This document shows, one piece after another, positions 17,872-26,996 of a DNA stretch of 64,000 nt (positions are counted from its first letter, which is position 1; every line of letters starts with the position of its first letter). The notes below the pieces were generated by a model. That model ran no database searches. It was not told where the DNA came from and was given only the letters and a program-made list of their open reading frames with translations. Location of the stretch: contig JAWCRZ010000001.1 in assembly GCA_038868995.1 (NCBI GenBank), positions 34,269 to 98,268 of the forward strand, given 5' to 3'. The DNA is from Candidatus Woesearchaeota archaeon (GTDB lineage: Archaea; Nanobdellota; Nanobdellia; Woesearchaeales; ARS49). Position numbers and translations under genes: made by a program.

Positions 17872-17997
17872 GGGTGCTGCCAACTTAATGGTGCCGCGCT
17901 GGCCTGACTTTTCTTCTCTCCTTGCACTTGCAAGGGGAGAAAATTCACCTCGACAACGTCGAGGCAGCACGGCCAGCACCAGAGAGTTGACTTAACC
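17872..17997. repeat. Dispersed palindromic element, copy 1 (core inverted relative to flanks)
   Basis: GGGTGCTGCCAACTTAA-TGGTGC...GCACCA-GAGAGTTGACTTAACC; matches 49048-49186 and 61700-61830. Confidence 0.9.
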
Positions 17998-18501
17998 CTA
18001 TAGCAGTTTCTTGAGCATATTAAAATCCTTTTTCATCCTTTCTGCCATTTTGGTGAATCGCATTGCTGCAGAAGGGTGTACTGTAACCATTATGTGTTTG
18101 GCAGAAATATGCGGTTTTATGCATTCTGCTGTTTTCCCGAGAAGTACTACAATCTCTGGCTTTACTATATTAAGTTGCCTTAGCAGGTATGGCCTGCACG
18201 CGTGTATTTCTTTTTCTGTCGGCGCCCTGTTTTTTGGAGGGAAATGTTTGACTGCGCTGGTTATAAACACATCTTCTCTTTTGAGTCCAATGGATTCTAT
18301 CATTTTTGTAAGGTATTTTCCTGCTCTGCCGACAAACGGTCTTCCTGTTCTGTCTTCGTTGGCGCCTGGCGCTTGCCCGATAAAGAATATTCGCGCATTG
18401 GACGGACCTTCTCCAGGCACGCCGTGCAACGAATGCTTGTATAGAGGACATTTTGTGCATTTTGAAACTTCCTCTGCTATAATTTTGAGTGAATCGTTCA
18501 T
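17998..18501 (-). CDS. Uracil-DNA glycosylase, family 4-like
   Basis: CTKCPL, GQAPG..ED..GRPFVGRAG, HPSA motifs. Confidence 0.92.
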   Translation of the reverse strand: MNDSLKIIAEEVSKCTKCPLYKHSLHGVPGEGPSNARIFFIGQAPGANEDRTGRPFVGRAGKYLTKMIESIGLKREDVFITSAVKHFPPKNRAPTEKEIHACRPYLLRQLNIVKPEIVVLLGKTAECIKPHISAKHIMVTVHPSAAMRFTKMAERMKKDFNMLKKLL

Positions 18502-18532
18502 ACGTGACAGGAATGCAGAACAGCTTTAAAAT

Positions 18533-19429
18533 TTACCTGTAGAATACTTCCTCAGTTGGAATTTCTTCTTTGCTGCGGTGTTTGACGTCGACATCACGAA
18601 CTTTGTTTGCCACAAGTTCTAGGTATTCATTGCGCGACAGTAACTGGTTTCCTTTTTTGGTGTCTGCCTGCATTATAAGTCCTGTGCCTGGGTCTATGCT
18701 AAGCTCGAGCGCTGGGTTTGTTTCAAAGCGTACAAATACGCTTGCACGCCCTTTGACGTAATATTTGTTTGCTTCAACCTGGTTTGGTTCTTTGTCAAGG
18801 TTTGAAAGCAGCCAGTCCTCCGGAAGGATTATGTCATAATTTTTGAACTCGACTGGATATGCAAGGTCATAAAGCTTTAGGCCATAGCATTGGGCGTTTA
18901 CGTGGCTTTTGTGCCCCTCGCAGAATGCTGTTGCTGTTTTTGTTGCTCGATCAACATACACAGTATCATAATAGAAAAGTGGTACGGGCATTTCACCGAA
19001 ATAGACGTGCTTTAGGGTTACTGGAGAATCAAGAATTACTTTATATCTTGTCCCTTTTACATTGTATATGTTGCCCTTGTGCTTGAAAGAGTAGCTTTTG
19101 ACGTTTTTTGCAAAGGTGTCGAGGAATTGATACATTTTTGTGCGTGTTTGCGCAGGAGTAATTGTTTCCTCAAGAACGTCTTTTGCCAGTGTATGTTTGA
19201 GAGCTTCTGTTGGTTCTGGAGTTGGTTCTGGAGTTGGTTCATCTGTTGTTTGCAAGGTCTTTTCAATTGGCTGTTCAATTGTCTGCTCTATCTTCGGCTC
19301 TGCAGCTTGCTGTTCCGCCTGTTTTTTCAGTTCTTCGGCGATTTGTTTTGCTTCGCTTGGTCCTGAAGGGGTTGGAGCGCATGCTGCCAGAATTAGTAAC
19401 GAGAAAAGTGTAAACGCTATGTATTTCAT
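18533..19429 (-). CDS. Hypothetical lipoprotein with PTPE linker
   Basis: LAAC lipobox; 12-bp tandem repeats encoding PTPEPTPEPT. Confidence 0.8.
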   Translation of the reverse strand: MKYIAFTLFSLLILAACAPTPSGPSEAKQIAEELKKQAEQQAAEPKIEQTIEQPIEKTLQTTDEPTPEPTPEPTEALKHTLAKDVLEETITPAQTRTKMYQFLDTFAKNVKSYSFKHKGNIYNVKGTRYKVILDSPVTLKHVYFGEMPVPLFYYDTVYVDRATKTATAFCEGHKSHVNAQCYGLKLYDLAYPVEFKNYDIILPEDWLLSNLDKEPNQVEANKYYVKGRASVFVRFETNPALELSIDPGTGLIMQADTKKGNQLLSRNEYLELVANKVRDVDVKHRSKEEIPTEEVFYR

Positions 19430-19505
19430 AGCGAAACGCTACCCGCTTGGTTATTTAAGCTTTGTTGTGGCAGTGTTTATATAGTGCAAAATTGCATACT
19501 GGAGT

Positions 19506-19922
19506 ATGAAGGTAAGAAGCGCGGGTGTTGTGCTGTTTCGCGAAGGAAAAAAGAGGGAATATTTGCTGTTAAAGTATGGATTGGGCCATTGGGACTTGCC
19601 TAAAGGCATTCTGGAGAAAGGGGAGAATTTGTTGGATGCTGCATTGCGCGAGCTGAAAGAGGAGACGGGAATTTCCAAAGCAACAATTATTCCCGGCTTT
19701 AAGCAAACTGTGAGCTATATGTATACATGGAAAGGGAAAAAATTTTTGAAGTTCGTTGTTTTTTATCTTGCAAAGACAAGGCAGAAAAAAGTGAAATTGT
19801 CGTTTGAACATACTGACTTTGCATGGCTGCAGTTTAAGGAGGCTGTGAAGCAAGCTACGTTTGATAATACGAAAAATGTGTTGCGGAAAGCGGAGTGCTG
19901 GTTGAATGTCAAAAAATCGTGA
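19506..19922 (+). CDS. Nudix hydrolase, Ap4A hydrolase-like
   Basis: HWDLPKG and Nudix box G.LE.GE...AALRELKEETG. Confidence 0.92.
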   Translation: MKVRSAGVVLFREGKKREYLLLKYGLGHWDLPKGILEKGENLLDAALRELKEETGISKATIIPGFKQTVSYMYTWKGKKFLKFVVFYLAKTRQKKVKLSFEHTDFAWLQFKEAVKQATFDNTKNVLRKAECWLNVKKS

Positions 19923-21621
19923 AATTGCTGATATGTTCTATGAAATGGCTGACGTCCTTGAAATGCAGGGCGTTGACTGGAAGCCAAACGCTTACCGGAA
20001 GGCGGCAAGAGCGCTTGAAACCTTGAGCGAGCCGGTTGAGAAGGTCTATGCGCGCGGCGGCTTAAAGGCATTGATGGAAATTCCCGGAGTCGGGCAGAGC
20101 CTTGCAGCTAAGATTGAGGAATTCTTGAAGACAGGAAAAATGAAGGAATTCAGACAGCTTGTTAGCAAGATTCCGCGCGGCGTTGAGGAAATGATGCATG
20201 TTCCAGGTCTTGGTCCGAAAAAAGTTATGAAGCTGTACAAAAAGCTGAAAATTGCAAGTTTGGCGCAGTTGGAAGCTGCTGCAAAAGCCGGAAAATTGAG
20301 GAAGATTGAGGGCTTTGGAGTGAAAAGCGAGCAGGATATTTTGCGCGGTCTTGGGATTCTGAAGCAGGGTGCTGAGCGTGCACTTCTCGGCATTGCACTG
20401 CCGTTGGCGCGCGAGTTTGCTGTACGCTTGTCAAAGGTTGATGGCGTGAAAAAGGCAGAGCCGGCAGGCAGTTTGCGCAGGATGAAGGAAACTGTTGGAG
20501 ACATCGATATTCTTGTCATAAGTTCTAAACCGTCAAAAGTAATGAACATGTTTACTTCAATGCCTGAAGTTCAAACTGTTCTTGCGCAGGGATTGACAAA
20601 GAGCACCGTTATTCTGAAAGATGGTATTCAGGCAGACGTTCGCGTGCTTGAGGAGCAGTCGTTTGGTGCTGCATTGCAATACTTTACTGGCAATAAGGAC
20701 CACAATGTCGCGCTCCGCCAGATGGCTATCAAGAAGGGCTATAAATTGTCAGAGTATGGTTTGTACAAAAATGAAAGATATGTTTGCGGCAGGACTGAGA
20801 AGGAAATTTACGCAAAGCTTGGCTTGCCATTTATTGAGCCCGAATTGCGTGAGAATCAGGGCGAGATTGAAGCTGCAAAAAAACATAAACTGCCAAAAAT
20901 AATTCCATATAATTCAATCAAAGGCGATTTGCACATGCACAGCAATTGGAGTGATGGCTTGCATTCTGCTGAGCAGATGATTAAGGCGGCGCAGGACCGC
21001 GGCTACAAATACATCGCCATGACCGACCATTCCAAGAGCGAGCGAATTGCAAATGGTATGGATGAAAAAAGATTGGTCAAATATATTGAAGAGCTTGACA
21101 AGCTGCAGCGCAAATTCAAGATAACCATTCTGAAGGGTTCGGAGGTCGACATTCTGCCGGACGGCTCGCTTGACTTTGATAACAAATATCTGAAGCAGCT
21201 TGATTTTGTGCTTGCTGCCGTGCATTCGCGTTTCAAATCTTCCAGGCAGGATATGACAAAGCGTATTTTGAAGGCGTTCGATAATCCTTACGTCAATGTG
21301 CTTGCGCATCCGACCGGAAGATTGATTGGCAAACGTGAGCCATATGACTTTGATTTTGAGAGGATTGCGCAGGCGGCAAAAGACAGGGGCATTGCATTGG
21401 AATGCGATGCTTATCCTACAAGATTGGACCTCAAAGATACGCACATCAGGACTGCAATAGAAATTGGCTGTAAGATTACTATCGATACCGACAGCCACGC
21501 TATTGACCAGTTGCGCTTTATGGAGTATGGTGTTGCGCAGGCAAGGCGGGGCTGGGCTGAGGAAAAGGATGTTATTAATACGTGGCCGCTTGGCAAATTG
21601 CAAAAGTTTTTAAGAAGATAA
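19906..21621 (+). CDS. polX: DNA polymerase X with PHP domain
   Basis: AYRKAA, HhH motifs, [18 protein letters not shown]; PHP DLHMHS, TDHS, AHPTGR. Confidence 0.95.
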   Translation: MSKNREIADMFYEMADVLEMQGVDWKPNAYRKAARALETLSEPVEKVYARGGLKALMEIPGVGQSLAAKIEEFLKTGKMKEFRQLVSKIPRGVEEMMHVPGLGPKKVMKLYKKLKIASLAQLEAAAKAGKLRKIEGFGVKSEQDILRGLGILKQGAERALLGIALPLAREFAVRLSKVDGVKKAEPAGSLRRMKETVGDIDILVISSKPSKVMNMFTSMPEVQTVLAQGLTKSTVILKDGIQADVRVLEEQSFGAALQYFTGNKDHNVALRQMAIKKGYKLSEYGLYKNERYVCGRTEKEIYAKLGLPFIEPELRENQGEIEAAKKHKLPKIIPYNSIKGDLHMHSNWSDGLHSAEQMIKAAQDRGYKYIAMTDHSKSERIANGMDEKRLVKYIEELDKLQRKFKITILKGSEVDILPDGSLDFDNKYLKQLDFVLAAVHSRFKSSRQDMTKRILKAFDNPYVNVLAHPTGRLIGKREPYDFDFERIAQAAKDRGIALECDAYPTRLDLKDTHIRTAIEIGCKITIDTDSHAIDQLRFMEYGVAQARRGWAEEKDVINTWPLGKLQKFLRR

Positions 21622-21636
21622 ACTGATGTGTTTTGT

Positions 21637-21912
21637 ATGGCAGTTAAAGATGATTTGTTGAAAAAAGTTCCTGATTTTGTCAAGGCAACTCCTGAATGGA
21701 CTGTTTTTTTGAAATGGCTGAGTCAGAACGAGATTGAGACGCGCGACCAGTTGATTGCTGTTTTGAATGAGCAGATCAAGTTTTATCAGGATTTTGTTAC
21801 CAAGAATCAGGAGGGCTCGCGCGAAGGAACGAACACGAGAAAAGTCCGTGAATATGCAAAAACGCTTGATTTCCTGAAGCTTGCAAAGGAAAAGATTGTG
21901 AAATACGTGTAA
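21637..21912 (+). CDS. Hypothetical protein
   Basis: ORF coupled between polX and the DUF192 gene (TAATG overlap). Confidence 0.65.
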   Translation: MAVKDDLLKKVPDFVKATPEWTVFLKWLSQNEIETRDQLIAVLNEQIKFYQDFVTKNQEGSREGTNTRKVREYAKTLDFLKLAKEKIVKYV

Positions 21913-22259
21913 TGCCCATCATTAACAAGACAAAAAATAGTGTACTTGCTGATTCTTTTGAAGAGTGCGTAACCTTTTGGCAGCAGACGCGCGGCATGAT
22001 GTTCAGGAAAAAAGTGGTGCCTCTGGTCTTCAAATTTCCAAAGGAGCAGAAGGTAAAATTGCATTCTTGGTTTTGCCCTGGAAATATTGATTTGGTTTTT
22101 CTTGATGAGAACTGGGAGGTTGTTGAGACGTTTCCTGAATGGGAGCCGGGAAGCAGTTATGAATCAAAGCGTCCGTGCCTTTTCTTGCTCGAACTGCCTG
22201 CCGGAACTATTTTTAGAACTGGCACACAGGCTGGCGATGTGGTGCATATACTAAACTAG
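21912..22259 (+). CDS. DUF192-family protein
   Basis: RGMMFRK, IDLVFLD and LELPAG motifs. Confidence 0.85.
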   Translation: MPIINKTKNSVLADSFEECVTFWQQTRGMMFRKKVVPLVFKFPKEQKVKLHSWFCPGNIDLVFLDENWEVVETFPEWEPGSSYESKRPCLFLLELPAGTIFRTGTQAGDVVHILN

Positions 22260-22296
22260 CAAAAAACACTTAAATAACGAAGTGCTTCTGGAGTGT

Positions 22297-23331
22297 ATGA
22301 GAAAGGTTTCTGTGTTTTTGATGCTGTTTCTGGTTGCGTGTGTTCAAGTTGCTGAAGAGAAGACAAAGGTTGGTGTTATTCTGCCTTTGACAGGTCCGTT
22401 TGCATTTTATGGTGAGGACGGGCGCATCGCAATGGAGCTAGCTTTGGAGGATGTTGGTGATAAAATCGAGATTATTTATGAGGATAGCGGTGGAGAAAAT
22501 ACAAAAGCTGTTGCTGCATTCAACAAGATTGTTAATGTTGATGGTGCAAAAGTCGTAATTACATCAACGAGCTGGATTAGCAATGCAGTGTACTCTCAAG
22601 CGGCTGATGCAAATATTTTTCAGGGTATTATTGCCAGCGCTGCGTTCAAGCGCACTCGTGAAGACAAGGCAGTGAGGTTTACAGTAGATGTAGCCGATGA
22701 AGCACAGTATATTATTGATTATTTGGAACAGTTCAACAGGATTGCCATATTGCACTTGGATAATGATTACGGGAAAGGGTGGGCTGAAGAATTAAAACAG
22801 AAGTTGTCCGATAAAGTTGTTGCTGTTGAGAAATACGCTCCAACAGATATTGACGTGAGTGTTCAGCTTTCAAAGATTAAAGCGGTAAATCCTGATGTTC
22901 TTGTTTTGGCAAGCACTGCCAAGGAAGGTGGCTTGTTTGCGCGTAAGTCAAAAGAACTTGGAATTGACGCGCAATTGGTTAGCATGAGACCTATACAAAA
23001 TCCGCAGCTGTTTGAAGAAACCGAAGCCGTGGAGGGATTGGTGTATTCCTATCCGAAACATAATCAAAACCACTCTTTCATTTCCAGATATATTGCAAAG
23101 TATGGAAAGGAGCCCACAGTGTTTGCTGTAGAGGCATACGATGCTGTTATTGAAATTGCACGTGCTGCCGAGAAATGCAATGCTGATACCAAATGCATGC
23201 ATCAGTCGTTTGTGAATAACGAATATTATGGCGCATTGGGCCATGTTAAATTTGATGCGAAAGGCGACGCGCACTATCCATTTGTGCTGAAGCAGGTCAG
23301 GGACGGCAAGTTTGTCTTATTTGAGAAATAA
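22297..23331 (+). CDS. Type I periplasmic-binding protein (LivK/Leu-Ile-Val-like), lipoprotein
   Basis: LVAC lipobox; KVGVILPLTGP.AFYG; YDAV; GALG.VKFD.KGD. Confidence 0.88.
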   Translation: MRKVSVFLMLFLVACVQVAEEKTKVGVILPLTGPFAFYGEDGRIAMELALEDVGDKIEIIYEDSGGENTKAVAAFNKIVNVDGAKVVITSTSWISNAVYSQAADANIFQGIIASAAFKRTREDKAVRFTVDVADEAQYIIDYLEQFNRIAILHLDNDYGKGWAEELKQKLSDKVVAVEKYAPTDIDVSVQLSKIKAVNPDVLVLASTAKEGGLFARKSKELGIDAQLVSMRPIQNPQLFEETEAVEGLVYSYPKHNQNHSFISRYIAKYGKEPTVFAVEAYDAVIEIARAAEKCNADTKCMHQSFVNNEYYGALGHVKFDAKGDAHYPFVLKQVRDGKFVLFEK

Positions 23332-23332
23332 G

Positions 23333-23405
23333 TGGGGACGGCGGGATTTGAACCCGAATTAGCCGGGTTGGAGCCGGCCGTTCTACCAGGTTGAACTACG
23401 TCCCC
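23333..23405 (-). tRNA. trnW: tRNA-Trp(CCA), intronless, CCA end not encoded
   Basis: Reverse complement folds as a cloverleaf: GGGGACG/CGTCCCC acceptor, GTTC/GAAC D stem, GCCGG-CTCCAAC-CCGGC anticodon arm, TTCAAAT T loop. Confidence 0.95.
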
Positions 23406-23496
23406 TTTGGTTCTTTCGTCGATTATAACGTTATTTAAACATTTCGTCCATATGTTTTAAAAACAGAAACTATTCAGGTTACCAAAAAGAGGCTGC

Positions 23497-24630
23497 ATGA
23501 AAAAACCTTTGGCATATTACGAAGCAATAGCCACGCTGACTGGCTGTATTATTGGCGCTGGTATTCTTGGAATTCCGTATGTTGTTGCACGTGCCGGCTT
23601 CTGGACAGGAATGCTTGTTATTGTTGGCTTGGGTCTTGTTACTTTGTTGGTGCATTTGCTGATTGGCGAGATAACATTGAGAACGAATAAGTGCATGCAG
23701 CTTGCCGGGTATGCTGAGAAATATCTTGGCTGGAAGGGCAAGTATTTGATGACCACTTCTATGGTCATAGGTATTTATGGCGCTTTGATTGCCTACACCA
23801 TTGGGATTGGGCAGAGCGTTCAGGCAATTCTCGGAGGTAATTACTGGCTTTGGGCTTTATTGTTTTATGCTATGATGGGTTGGTTGTTGTATGGAGGAAT
23901 TGGGATGCTTGCACAGTCGGAATTGTTGATGGAAACAGTTAAGTTTTTGATTTTTACTGCTATTCTGGTTATGCTGTTTTCTTCCCCTCATTTTTTTGCT
24001 GAGAGGTTTGTCGGGTTTGCCTGGGAAAGGTTATTGTTTCCGTTTGGAGTTGTTTTGTTTGCCTACATAGGCACTGCTGCTATTCCGGAAATTCGGGAGG
24101 AGATGAAAACGTGTAAATTGTTTACAAAACGCGCAATTATTATCGGTTCTTTGATTCCGATTTTTGTTTATGCTTTGTTCACAGCAGCCGCTGTTGGTGT
24201 CACTGGAATTGGCACAACTGAGGTTGCAACCATTGGGCTGGGAATGGTTATTGGTGGGTTTGGGTCTGTGCTTCTGTATGCATTTGCAATCCTTGCAATG
24301 GGAACTTCTTTTCTCGCGTTGGGATACGCATTGAAAGAAATGTATGTTGTTGATTTCCAGCTTAAGCATTTTGAGGCATGGGCGTTGACTTTAGCTGTGC
24401 CTTTGTCATTGCTTGTTGCTGGTGTGCAGTCGTTTGTGAAAACTTTAGAGGTTGCTGGGGTTTTCGCAGGTGGGATTGCAGCCATTACTGTTGTTTTTAT
24501 GCATATAAAGGCGAGGAAGCGTTCTGAGAGAAATCCGGAATTTATTGTTAGAATTAATTGGCTCGGATATGGTGCTGTTATTGCCGTTTTTGCAATCGGC
24601 ATAGTATACGAATTATTTCTTTTTCTGTGA
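23497..24630 (+). CDS. Amino-acid permease (aromatic amino acid / APC superfamily)
   Basis: GCIIGAGILGIPY; about 11 TM segments; FAY...AIPEI. Confidence 0.88.
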   Translation: MKKPLAYYEAIATLTGCIIGAGILGIPYVVARAGFWTGMLVIVGLGLVTLLVHLLIGEITLRTNKCMQLAGYAEKYLGWKGKYLMTTSMVIGIYGALIAYTIGIGQSVQAILGGNYWLWALLFYAMMGWLLYGGIGMLAQSELLMETVKFLIFTAILVMLFSSPHFFAERFVGFAWERLLFPFGVVLFAYIGTAAIPEIREEMKTCKLFTKRAIIIGSLIPIFVYALFTAAAVGVTGIGTTEVATIGLGMVIGGFGSVLLYAFAILAMGTSFLALGYALKEMYVVDFQLKHFEAWALTLAVPLSLLVAGVQSFVKTLEVAGVFAGGIAAITVVFMHIKARKRSERNPEFIVRINWLGYGAVIAVFAIGIVYELFLFL

Positions 24631-26967
24631 GCGGATGCTCCAGACAATCAAAATGAGGGCTGCAATTGCAACTGCAAGCGCAATGGTCGGCTGTATGCGT
24701 GGCGGTATCAAATGTTTCTGAACCCTGAGCAGTACTGTGTTGCTTGCTACGAATCCGCCTTTGCCGTCGTCTGCGCCAAATTTGACGCGCTCTTCGCCTG
24801 TCCAGCCTGTTTTAGGCGTCATGAAAACAGTGCTGCCGATAATGTCTATTGAAACGTGTTCTGTTTTTGACACTGTGAATGTCAGTTTGTCGCCGTCCGG
24901 GTCTTTGAAATAATTGCCGAGGTCAAGTGTGTGCACGTGGTCTTGCTGCCATACTTGCGGTGGAATGCCGTGCGCGATGGTGCCGTGCGATGGAATGAGG
25001 GCTATGGCAACGGCCATGAGCAGGCCGACGCCGATAAATCCCCAGAAAGGTTTGTCTGTTGGCAGTTGTTGCACGCGTGCATAAATGCTGTACGTGCCGT
25101 GCCGGTCTATGTCTGCTGTAATGTATATTGAGTTCTTGTCTTCGCCTGATTTTTTGAATGGAACTGTGCTCCAGGTCTGGTTTGCGTAGCGTGCCAGTCG
25201 GAAATCATCAAGCGCAACCTGTTTTCTTGAAAGCCATTTCTTTGGTATGCTGAACGTTGCCCTTATTGATGTGACATCCTCAGTGACGTTTGTCTTGATG
25301 TGCATTGTTTGGTATACTGCCGCTGATGGGGCGACACGTGCGCGTGCTTTCCTTATCTGCAGCTTGAGATTTTTGATTGATTTTTCTGGCGTGATTGTGA
25401 GCAGTGTCAATCCCTTTTTCCAGCCGTGAACGGTTAGCGCGTGTTTTTCTATTGCATTCTTCCAATGAATCCTTATAACTCGCGAGCGTGCGGCCTTTTT
25501 GGCAAGGAAAATAACGGCTAATATTCCTATGCCAAGCAGGACGTATGCGCCGTTTGGAGCGATTATCGCCCATAATGATGCAAGAAGTATAATCACAATG
25601 ATGCCAAGTATGAGCATGCCGATTTTTGCGCGTGGGGCCTTCTTCTTGCCAATTACCAGGTCTTTCCTGGCGACCATATGGTAGTCCTTTTTGATTTCTT
25701 TTTCTGCCTTGCGTTGCATTTGTTTTTTGATGCGTTCTATCTCTGCACGCTTCCGCTCTGCTGCTTTGCGCTGCAGCTCAAGTTTTTTTCTGAGAAGTTC
25801 CGCGCGCTTTTGTTCGCGTGCTTTTTTGCGCGCTTCGCGTTTTTCTCTCATTTTGCGCATTTTTTCCTTGAATGCCGGGCTTCTGATGTATTTTACAAAA
25901 TAGTATGCCCCGACGATTGCTGCTGCAATTACTACAATGCTTCCGATGAAGAGTGCAGGGTTGCGCTCAAAGAGTGTTGCCGGCTTGAGGATAATTATGA
26001 TGTCTTTGCTGTATTGGATGCCTGTCTGTTCAACAGTTGCAACAAGTGTTGCCGTGTATGTTCCTTTTCGTATTTTTTCTGTTGGCATTAGGCGCAGTGA
26101 AAGTGTTTTTTTCTGGCCTGGGTTTAATGATACTTTTTCTGGTGAAATGCTTGCCCATGGGACTCCTTCAACTGATACTGTGTATCGTGTTATCCTGTCT
26201 CCTGTGTTCTCAAGTGTTATCTCTGCTGTGCTGTCGACATAGTCGGTTCTTATCCTGTTTACTCCTTCTGCGAGAATTGGAATGTCTGTTGCCTTTATGA
26301 TAAGTTCAAGTGCGACTTCTTTTTTCTGGTTTGACTTGTCTGCTTCTACTGAAACAGTAAGCGGGAAAGTACCTGACTCTGTGCAGTCGTCTGGGGTAAC
26401 AGATACTATAATGTCTTTGCGCTCATTACCTTGGAGGACAGCTGTTTTCTCGCTGACGTGAATGTTAGGATGGCCTTTTGCCCGTATGTTGTATATTTCG
26501 GTAAAATTGAGCGGGTTTTGAAGGGATAATGTGTAACCTGCTGTTTCGCACGGCGCGATTACTGCGCTCGTTTGTGAAATTGTGAGGTTGAGGTTGTCCG
26601 GCACTGCAACGATGACTTCCTGGATGAGTTGTTTTTCAACTTCCCCGTCGCTGAAGAACAGTTCTGTTGCATATGTGCCTGTCCTTACGTCGCAGGGTAT
26701 GTTGTAATAGGTGTTTACTATAGCGCTTTGCATCGGCTGCAGCGTAAAACTTATGGCTGAGAATGTGACGTAGTTGCTTGCGTCTCCGTCAACGCTTAAT
26801 GTGAATGTTGACGCAACATCCCTTGTGTTTTGGATTGTGACGTTGCGAACTGCAGAACCGCATGGCACAACATTGACCGTCATGTCGCCGAACGCATTGA
26901 AGTCCTGAGCGCTGACGCTCAGCAGAAATAAGGAAGCAATTAGCAAAAAAATGATTGTGCGCTGCAT
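24613..26967 (-). CDS. Multi-pass surface protein: Ig-like repeats, K/R coil, PGF-pre-PGF-like domain, cadherin-like domain
   Basis: Signal peptide; repeated 'TL.N.G....Y...V.G..W' Ig-like units; FSIPKKWL...RLARY..WSTVP; YFKDPDGDKLTF; five hydrophobic segments. Confidence 0.75.
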   Translation of the reverse strand: MQRTIIFLLIASLFLLSVSAQDFNAFGDMTVNVVPCGSAVRNVTIQNTRDVASTFTLSVDGDASNYVTFSAISFTLQPMQSAIVNTYYNIPCDVRTGTYATELFFSDGEVEKQLIQEVIVAVPDNLNLTISQTSAVIAPCETAGYTLSLQNPLNFTEIYNIRAKGHPNIHVSEKTAVLQGNERKDIIVSVTPDDCTESGTFPLTVSVEADKSNQKKEVALELIIKATDIPILAEGVNRIRTDYVDSTAEITLENTGDRITRYTVSVEGVPWASISPEKVSLNPGQKKTLSLRLMPTEKIRKGTYTATLVATVEQTGIQYSKDIIIILKPATLFERNPALFIGSIVVIAAAIVGAYYFVKYIRSPAFKEKMRKMREKREARKKAREQKRAELLRKKLELQRKAAERKRAEIERIKKQMQRKAEKEIKKDYHMVARKDLVIGKKKAPRAKIGMLILGIIVIILLASLWAIIAPNGAYVLLGIGILAVIFLAKKAARSRVIRIHWKNAIEKHALTVHGWKKGLTLLTITPEKSIKNLKLQIRKARARVAPSAAVYQTMHIKTNVTEDVTSIRATFSIPKKWLSRKQVALDDFRLARYANQTWSTVPFKKSGEDKNSIYITADIDRHGTYSIYARVQQLPTDKPFWGFIGVGLLMAVAIALIPSHGTIAHGIPPQVWQQDHVHTLDLGNYFKDPDGDKLTFTVSKTEHVSIDIIGSTVFMTPKTGWTGEERVKFGADDGKGGFVASNTVLLRVQKHLIPPRIQPTIALAVAIAALILIVWSIRSQKKK

Positions 26968-26996
26968 AGTCCCCCCGAACTAATTGAGTGAATCCC

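Noticed and set aside
17829-17948. N-terminal extension of ORF 17418-17948
   Set aside because: Runs through repeat copy 1; treated as chance read-through.
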